A stretch of DNA of 64,000 nucleotides, taken from Gammaproteobacteria bacterium (GTDB taxonomy: Bacteria; Pseudomonadota; Gammaproteobacteria; Ga0077536). The translations under genes were made by a program, and so were the position numbers. The notes under the pieces are model-generated. The model did no database searches. It saw nothing but the letters and a program-made list of their open reading frames with translations, and was not told where the DNA came from. Shown in pieces: positions 58,581 to 64,000 of the stretch. Each line of letters opens with the position of its first letter. The stretch's first letter is position 1. The DNA lies in assembly GCA_963662545.2 (NCBI GenBank), contig CAXXLL010000003.1, positions 2,848,001 to 2,912,000 on the forward strand. Direction: 5' to 3'.

Positions 58581-59699
58581 TCAGCAGAAAACGGTCAATA
58601 CGCCGGTATACCCGTATAGCCGGTTATGGAATATCTCGCCGTTGGCGAAGAAGCCGACCAGCGGAATATCACCCAGCTCATCGCGGATAAACTTGAGTTC
58701 TTCGGAGTTCTCGCCGAACTGGTTGCGGCCGCGCCCGAGGCAGGAATAATAGACCGCGCCCTTGGGCGGATGATCCATCCGCTTCCTGATATCGGCCAAC
58801 ATGCGGAGCATGTCTTCTCGCGCACTGTTGCCGTCGCGCCGGCAGAACATGATTTCACTGCCCTCTGTGACGAGATCGCCGATGGCGATCACCTTCTGGT
58901 CCGGATCGATTCCGACAAGATTGCGGACCATGTAGTCACCGGTATCGGATCCTCGGATCGGGATGCCCGCGAAGATATAGCCGCCAACACGCTGCAGATC
59001 CCTCGCAATGACCTCACCAACGTCTTCCTTGAACACGTCGAGCGCCGGCCGGCCATCGAGTTTGATGATGATGTTACGTTCGCAGGTGGTGATTACGTGC
59101 GGGGACGCGATCGGTGTGCAGCCCTGGGTGTGTCCGGTAGCCACCGGCACGTCGCTGGAAAACAGAACGCCCGAGATGCCGCCCGTCGACACGCCGTCAG
59201 CGACCTGGAGATTCTCGCCGCCGGAGGACGTCAACCCGCCGACGAAAAAAGCCCCCGGCGTTTTTTCGGCAAGTTTTGAGATCAGGTCGGGCGTTGCTGG
59301 ATTAGTCGGGTCACCGTGTAGGATGCCGAAATGAAACGGATCGCTCTGCAGCCATTCACCCGCCTCGTCGATGAATTCGTCCACGTCTAATTGCTGCAGC
59401 GGAACAATTTTGAATGCGTTTTCTGGAAACGACGCCAGCATTACGGCGAGGGCCGGTTGTTCGTAATACTCCTGGCCCGTGGTACTGACGCCTACACCGA
59501 CCGTGCCGGTCCAACGCACAATGCCGGTCTTTGCTTTGAGTGTTTCCAGAACGTCGCGTAGATCAGCGGCCAGCGCATCGGTTGCGTAGATGAAACCGAA
59601 GTTGGCTTCCGCGGGGACATCGCCTATCTGGGACAGGCAATCTTCAACCAGCCGGGCGGCATCGTTTCCGCTGCTGTGTCCGAATAGAAACTGCTGCAT
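58581..59699 (-). CDS. FIST N/C domain signalling protein
   Basis: GGLTS, QGC.PI, LDGRPAL, Y.VRNL.G.D, SCLGRG, GFFANGEI..LYGYT. Confidence 0.88.
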   Translation of the reverse strand: MQQFLFGHSSGNDAARLVEDCLSQIGDVPAEANFGFIYATDALAADLRDVLETLKAKTGIVRWTGTVGVGVSTTGQEYYEQPALAVMLASFPENAFKIVPLQQLDVDEFIDEAGEWLQSDPFHFGILHGDPTNPATPDLISKLAEKTPGAFFVGGLTSSGGENLQVADGVSTGGISGVLFSSDVPVATGHTQGCTPIASPHVITTCERNIIIKLDGRPALDVFKEDVGEVIARDLQRVGGYIFAGIPIRGSDTGDYMVRNLVGIDPDQKVIAIGDLVTEGSEIMFCRRDGNSAREDMLRMLADIRKRMDHPPKGAVYYSCLGRGRNQFGENSEELKFIRDELGDIPLVGFFANGEIFHNRLYGYTGVLTVFC

Positions 59700-59802
59700 G
59701 GTCTGGTTACTAAGGGCGCCCATAAGCTGCTGACAGTATAGCGCGATCGGAGATGGGGACGGGCCGCGCAAGGCGCGGCGGTCGATCGATTAGGAAAGAG
59801 TT

Positions 59803-61152
59803 ATGACCGCAAGTAAACGTCGGGAAAGCTGGTCGTCCCGTTTTGGTTTTGTCATGGCATCGATCGGCTTTGCCGTCGGCCTCGGCAACATCTGGCGCTT
59901 CCCTTACCTGACCGGAGAATACGGGGGCGCCGCTTTTGTGCTGGTGTATCTGCTGTGCGCCTTTGCTATCGGTGTTCCAATACTGATGGCCGAGATCCTG
60001 ATCGGTCGCCGCGGTCGCCTGTCGCCACCTGGATCCATGCGTGCGCTCGCCAAGCAGGAAGGCAGAAGCCGGCATTGGCGGTGGGTAGGCGCCATGAATC
60101 TGCTCGCTGCCTTCCTCATCGAAGTGGTCTATAGCGTGATCACCGGGTGGGTATTGTTCTATTTGTATAAAGCAATCACGACCGGATTCGCCGGCGTAGA
60201 CGGACCCATGGCCGCGGGCCAGTTCGACACTTTATTGGCCAGTACGCCGACGATGCTGTTCTGGACGCTCGCCGGTTTGTTGTTGACGGGCTTGACCCTC
60301 TACGCGGGCGTGGAAAAGGGCATCGAAAAAGTGGTGATCGTTCTCATGCCGGCTTTGTTCGGGTTGCTGATCGTCCTCGTCATCTACAATGCGTTCGCGG
60401 GCGGTTTCGCCCGGGCGCTGTCCTGGCTATTCACGCCGGACTTTAGCAAGCTGAACGGGGGCGTCTGCCTGGCGGCCTTGGGTCAGGCATTTTTTTCCAT
60501 CGGTGTCGCGATGGCGGCGATGATGACCTACGGTAGCTATTTGCCGGAGCGGATTTCCATTGGACAATCGGTGGTCATGATAGTCACGGCCGACACACTG
60601 GTTGCGCTGTTAGCAGGAATGGTGGTCTTTCCCGCCGTCTTTGCTAACGGATTGGATCCGGCCGCCGGAACAGGCCTCACATTCATGACCCTGCCGATCG
60701 CGTTCGCCCGCATGCCGGGCGGTCACCTCGTTGGCAGCTTGTTTTTTCTGCTGTTGTCGGTGGCCGCGCTCACGTCCATGATCGGTTTCGTGCACCCGTT
60801 GACGACCTGGCTCGAGGAAAGCAGGGGTTACGCAAGGCACAAGAGCATAATCATCGTATTGATCGCAATAGCCGTGACGAGCATCTCAAGCATTGCCTCG
60901 TACAATGTCCTTTCCGACTGGAAGATCATGGGCGTCAACTTAAACGCCGGCCTGGATTTCGTAGCTAACCAGGTGCTGTTGCCGGTCGGTGGATTCTTGA
61001 TCGCGGTCTTTGCGGGTTGGTTTATGAGCAGAGAATCGGTGGAGAAAGAGTTGGTGATTGCAAACGATATGCTCTTCGGTACCTGGTATTTACTGATCCG
61101 TTATGCCGTACCCACGGCCGTCGCGACAATCTTTCTGTTCGGTATTATTTGA
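59803..61152 (+). CDS. Sodium-dependent transporter, NSS/SNF family
   Basis: WSSRFGF..AVGLGNIWRFPY..GG.AF, GQAFFS. Confidence 0.94.
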   Translation: MTASKRRESWSSRFGFVMASIGFAVGLGNIWRFPYLTGEYGGAAFVLVYLLCAFAIGVPILMAEILIGRRGRLSPPGSMRALAKQEGRSRHWRWVGAMNLLAAFLIEVVYSVITGWVLFYLYKAITTGFAGVDGPMAAGQFDTLLASTPTMLFWTLAGLLLTGLTLYAGVEKGIEKVVIVLMPALFGLLIVLVIYNAFAGGFARALSWLFTPDFSKLNGGVCLAALGQAFFSIGVAMAAMMTYGSYLPERISIGQSVVMIVTADTLVALLAGMVVFPAVFANGLDPAAGTGLTFMTLPIAFARMPGGHLVGSLFFLLLSVAALTSMIGFVHPLTTWLEESRGYARHKSIIIVLIAIAVTSISSIASYNVLSDWKIMGVNLNAGLDFVANQVLLPVGGFLIAVFAGWFMSRESVEKELVIANDMLFGTWYLLIRYAVPTAVATIFLFGII

Positions 61153-62336
61153 TCGGCGATTCTCACCGTTCGAAGCGCGCGTCAAGCGGCTTCGGCATGC
61201 GCCGCCTCTATCGCTTCACGCATACGCGTGAACTCCTCTTCGATCTTCGACCGCACGCTCGGCGCCGTATGCTGATTACACAGTTTCTCAATCAGAGTTA
61301 ATTCAATTCGTCTTCTTGATGAATTACTAAATATTTCAATTCGTTATAAGTAATACGCCATCATTTTGAAAATCTTGTATCACCACTATGTCACCTCGCC
61401 GCCGAAATTCTGAGGGGACGGTGCAGCCAAAACGCCGACGTGCCGCGATCAAGGTGCCCAACGAGGCCGGTACCATGGACGCCGCGCGATGTCGAACGGT
61501 CATGGCCGCTGCCGCCGGTGCGGGCAGGGTTTGAAGCCCGCGTTTGCGCAACAGGCATCGGTGCTCCAGCACCACCGAGTGGCAGGCAGGTTGGTGTGAT
61601 GAAGTCAGGTTCTTCGGTGCGATGCCGGTTGAGTGGATAAGCGCGCGGGACATAACGCCCGGAATGACGCCTCACAGTAGCTGACAGGCCCTTTATGTCA
61701 TCTTCCCGAAAAGACCTGCAAAATTGCGTCCATTGCGTCCTTCATCGATGCCGTTTGGGCTATGGAGCACCGTTATGGCTCCACGTTGTAGCTGTTCTAA
61801 CAATGCCTTAGGTCCTTAAATTGACAGCTAAACCGGGTTCCGGTGGAGCCGGTCAATGGGTCAGCGTGCTTTAGGTCGTGAAGCCGCCCAGCCACCAAGA
61901 TACCCGCCCCGTCGCGCATTCTTACTCAACGACGCGTCGATGCACACGCCGGACAACACCCCTTCGCTGGAAGCCGTCGTGGATAGATGGTTCCGCGATT
62001 CCCGCGCCGGCGCACCGAGCAGACCATACCTCGGTCCCGTCTTGCTTTCGGCAAGCGCCCGCCGAATCTGGCTTCACCGCACGCCACTTCATCCAGCGCA
62101 CTGCTCTGGGCCACCCTTGCGGCAGACGGCGGTAGCGCGTTATCCGCGAGCAGGGCGTGCCGGTGGCTGCGGGACGATAGCCCCACGCGATGGCGCGGGC
62201 AACCCTGGCGCGCAGAATCTCATGACCCTGCGATGACACCTTATACGAAGTATTGCAGGCCCCTGTCGGTCTCGGTCAATGCGCGCCCCCCGCTCACGTC
62301 CCGGACGCTCGAATCATGGCTGAGCCCGGGTTCCCG

Positions 62337-62456
62337 ATGCGCGATAATTGAGTTTATCGCGCATGTGGAAAGAGTCGCGGATGGGACCCGTTGGCTTGAA
62401 GCACCAGGGGGGAGCCTCCAACGGCGTCGGCGAATTTCCTAAGTACCTATGGGTCT
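62337..62456. repeat. Copy A of a ~120-bp non-coding direct repeat
   Basis: Ungapped match to 63465-63584: 88/120 overall and 62/76 in the core starting ATGGGACCCG. Confidence 0.75.
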
Positions 62457-62669
62457 GAGCCTCACACTTTTCGCGCTACGTGCGAGCGGTGCACACCGCC
62501 CTGCCAAAGCCGCTCAACCCCGCTCCGGTTCGCGGGTCGCCTTGACGCCTCGAACCGTGTTGTTTGGGCTCGCGTTGCACTTGTACGTAGCAGTAATGTT
62601 GCGAGTGCCCTATCGCAAGATGTGTCCCGGTTGCGGCGTCACCTGCCCACCACCACTCGAATGCGGTAG

Positions 62670-62903
62670 CTACCCGTGGTTGTCAAGTTTCGAGATAGCG
62701 ATGCGATCGCAGGTGCGCTCCTCGTCGTCCGCAACCGCCATCTCGGCCTTTTCCGCATCGTCTGCGACCGCCACTTTGGCAGCCGGCTCAGGCGTCGGCC
62801 TCTCGATCGCGGCGGTTATAGCGGTCTACGGCGCAACCTGGTCATCGCCACAGGCGCTGATGAGCATGCCCGCCAGGCAAAGCAATACTCCACGGCATGA
62901 CAG
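62670..62903 (-). pseudogene. Degenerate paralog of the adjacent small lipoprotein
   Basis: Same GGGAGG RBS; CTG in place of ATG; lipobox LISAC; in-frame TAG at 62826-62828 where the paralog has CAG; ends VADDEE like the paralog. Confidence 0.65.
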
Positions 62904-62956
62904 GGCGTCCTCCCAGGCCGTGGGTGCAAGCGCCGGTGAGGTCAGGTGACTACCGG

Positions 62957-63103
62957 TTAATCCTCTTCCTCGTCGTCCGCGGCAACCGGCTCTGCTGGGG
63001 TCTCGGTCGCGGCGGGTGCGGTGGTCTGTGTCTCGGCCTGGTCTCTGTCACAGGCGCCGATGAGCATCCCCAATAGACAAAGCAGTACTACGCGATAGAG
63101 CAT
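62957..63103 (-). CDS. 48-aa acidic lipoprotein
   Basis: RBS GGGAGG; MLYRVVLLCLLGMLIGAC lipobox; Thr/Pro/Ala-rich, acidic tail. Confidence 0.7.
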   Translation of the reverse strand: MLYRVVLLCLLGMLIGACDRDQAETQTTAPAATETPAEPVAADDEEED

Positions 63104-63219
63104 GATGGCTTCCTCCCAGGTTGGTCCAAGTGTAAGGGCTGATGATGTCAGATGATTGCGGGTTAAGCATAACAGCGAAATCGTCTCGACCGATGTTTTT
63201 CGAAGGGCGTGTTGCCGCC

Positions 63220-63463
63220 ACCAACGCGATTGAGAGTCTGCACAGCCAGGTGAAAGAGCATTCGAAACAAGAGCCACTTCGCCAATGGTGAAGCTGCTAC
63301 CAAGCTGATCTGCTGGCATTGCGCTACATCACCGCGAAGTGGAAGAATCCACCGGTCGCTTGGCGCAAGGCGAAGGCGCAGTTCGCGATCCAATTTGGAG
63401 AACGATTTACCCTGTACGATTGATCAACCCAACTGGCTCATACACAAAATTCCTGACACCACC
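63220..63463 (+). pseudogene. IS256-family transposase C-terminal remnant with right end
   Basis: TNAIESLHSQV/KSIRNKSHF..EAATKLI/LALR.I..KW..P..W..A..QFAI.FGERF across two frameshifts; followed by TACACAAAATTCCTGACACCACC. Confidence 0.85.
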
Positions 63464-63464
63464 A

Positions 63465-63584
63465 ATGCGTAGTAATTACCGTGGTCGCGCAGGTGAGGAG
63501 TTTCGTTCATGGGACCCGTCGGCCTGAAGCGATAGGGGGGATCTCCCAACGCCGTCGGCGTTTGGCTTAAGTACCTATGGGTCT
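63465..63584. repeat. Copy B of the ~120-bp non-coding direct repeat
   Basis: Matches 62337-62456; begins 2 bp after the IS256 end. Confidence 0.75.
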
Positions 63585-63789
63585 CGTTGTCTCACTTGTT
63601 GGGGCCTGCGCGCGAGGCGTCAAGGTCTGACACCCTGACGCCGCCGTACTGTGCAGGGCTCCGGTTGGTTAGCGTACGGGCATGACAACCTTCACTTGAC
63701 GGGCGGGGTAATCCATGGATATTCGGTGGCCTTCAACGCACGCGAATATGCTGTGACAGAAAAGATCAAACCATAACGCCTCGAATAGT

Positions 63790-64000
63790 ATGACCTTGAG
63801 AGTCCTCATCCCATTACTGCTGTCACTCTGCATCGGTACAGCCCATTCGGAGACCCTCATCGGGCATCCTCGCGTAGTGGATGCAGATACGCTGGCGTTC
63901 GACAAAGGGCGGGTTCGGATCGAGGGTATTGACGCGCCGGAAGCGAAACAAACATGCAGGGACGCCGCCGGCAAGGAATATCTGTGCGGGGAGGGTTCTG
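63790..64000 (+). CDS. Thermonuclease (SNase) family protein, truncated by the window end
   Basis: Signal peptide, VVDADTL, RIEGIDAPE..QTC. Confidence 0.85.
   Translation, partial: MTLRVLIPLLLSLCIGTAHSETLIGHPRVVDADTLAFDKGRVRIEGIDAPEAKQTCRDAAGKEYLCGEGS

Noticed and set aside
61182-61310. Minus-strand reading LIEKLCNQHTAPSVRSKIEEEFTRMREAIEAAHAEAA
   Set aside because: It looks like a gene tail but has an upstream in-frame stop and no clear start or family, so it cannot be supported.
61524-61541. Minus-strand GCGGGCTTCAAACCCTGC resembling a tRNA-Sec anticodon arm
   Set aside because: No acceptor stem, T-arm or CCA end could be built around it.
61820-61863. Possible IS terminal repeat (TTGACAGCT...GCCGGTCAA)
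   Set aside because: No partner end, transposase or target duplication could be identified.
62826-62828. In-frame TAG as possible stop-codon recoding
   Set aside because: The same copy has also lost its ATG, other genes here use TAG as a normal stop, and no recoding machinery is present; simple pseudogenisation fits better.
61856-62949. Several overlapping 80-166 aa ORFs in the decayed region
   Set aside because: No RBS or recognisable motifs, and they conflict with each other and with the lipoprotein pseudogene.
63139-63196. Hammerhead-like CUGAUGA...GAAA
   Set aside because: Stem II does not close properly and the would-be cleavage triplet is AUG rather than NUH.
1-64000. CRISPR array, integron attC array, rRNA or tRNA genes
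   Set aside because: No regularly spaced repeat-spacer series, attC-like series or cloverleaf was seen by eye.

Overview
Bacterial DNA of roughly 60% GC (by eye), probably gammaproteobacterial (yajD, hspQ, DUF1302/DUF1329), dominated by catabolism of phenolic compounds. (1) 2.1-24 kb: a DmpR/XylR-type sigma54 activator, a complete six-component phenol hydroxylase (dmpKLMNOP), ferredoxin and catechol 2,3-dioxygenase, a divergent GntR repressor, then a meta-cleavage operon (GST-dmpC-E-F-G-H, with no dmpD or dmpI) that runs straight into a four-gene envelope module (BNR/YCF48 lipoprotein, MMPL/RND transporter, DUF1302 outer-membrane protein, DUF1329 periplasmic protein). (2) 24-29.5 kb: MetE-like protein, VOC protein, group D flavin monooxygenase, a second DUF1329 paralog and an intradiol (hydroxyquinol-type) dioxygenase. 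(3) 29.5-47.5 kb: mixed accessory and housekeeping genes, plus an intact IS1595-family element with an 8-bp target duplication and passenger ORFs. (4) 47.5-58.6 kb: a hydroquinone-route cluster with a TcpA/TftD/HadA-like monooxygenase, maleylacetate reductase, GST, ferredoxin, two-subunit hydroquinone dioxygenase, aldehyde dehydrogenase and a divergent PcpA/LinE-type dioxygenase. (5) 61.2-64 kb: a decayed region with an IS256 remnant, tandem small lipoprotein genes (one pseudogenised), an unexplained ~120-bp non-coding duplication and a partial thermonuclease gene. No rRNA, tRNA or CRISPR array was found. All family calls come from motif recognition by eye; no database search was run.
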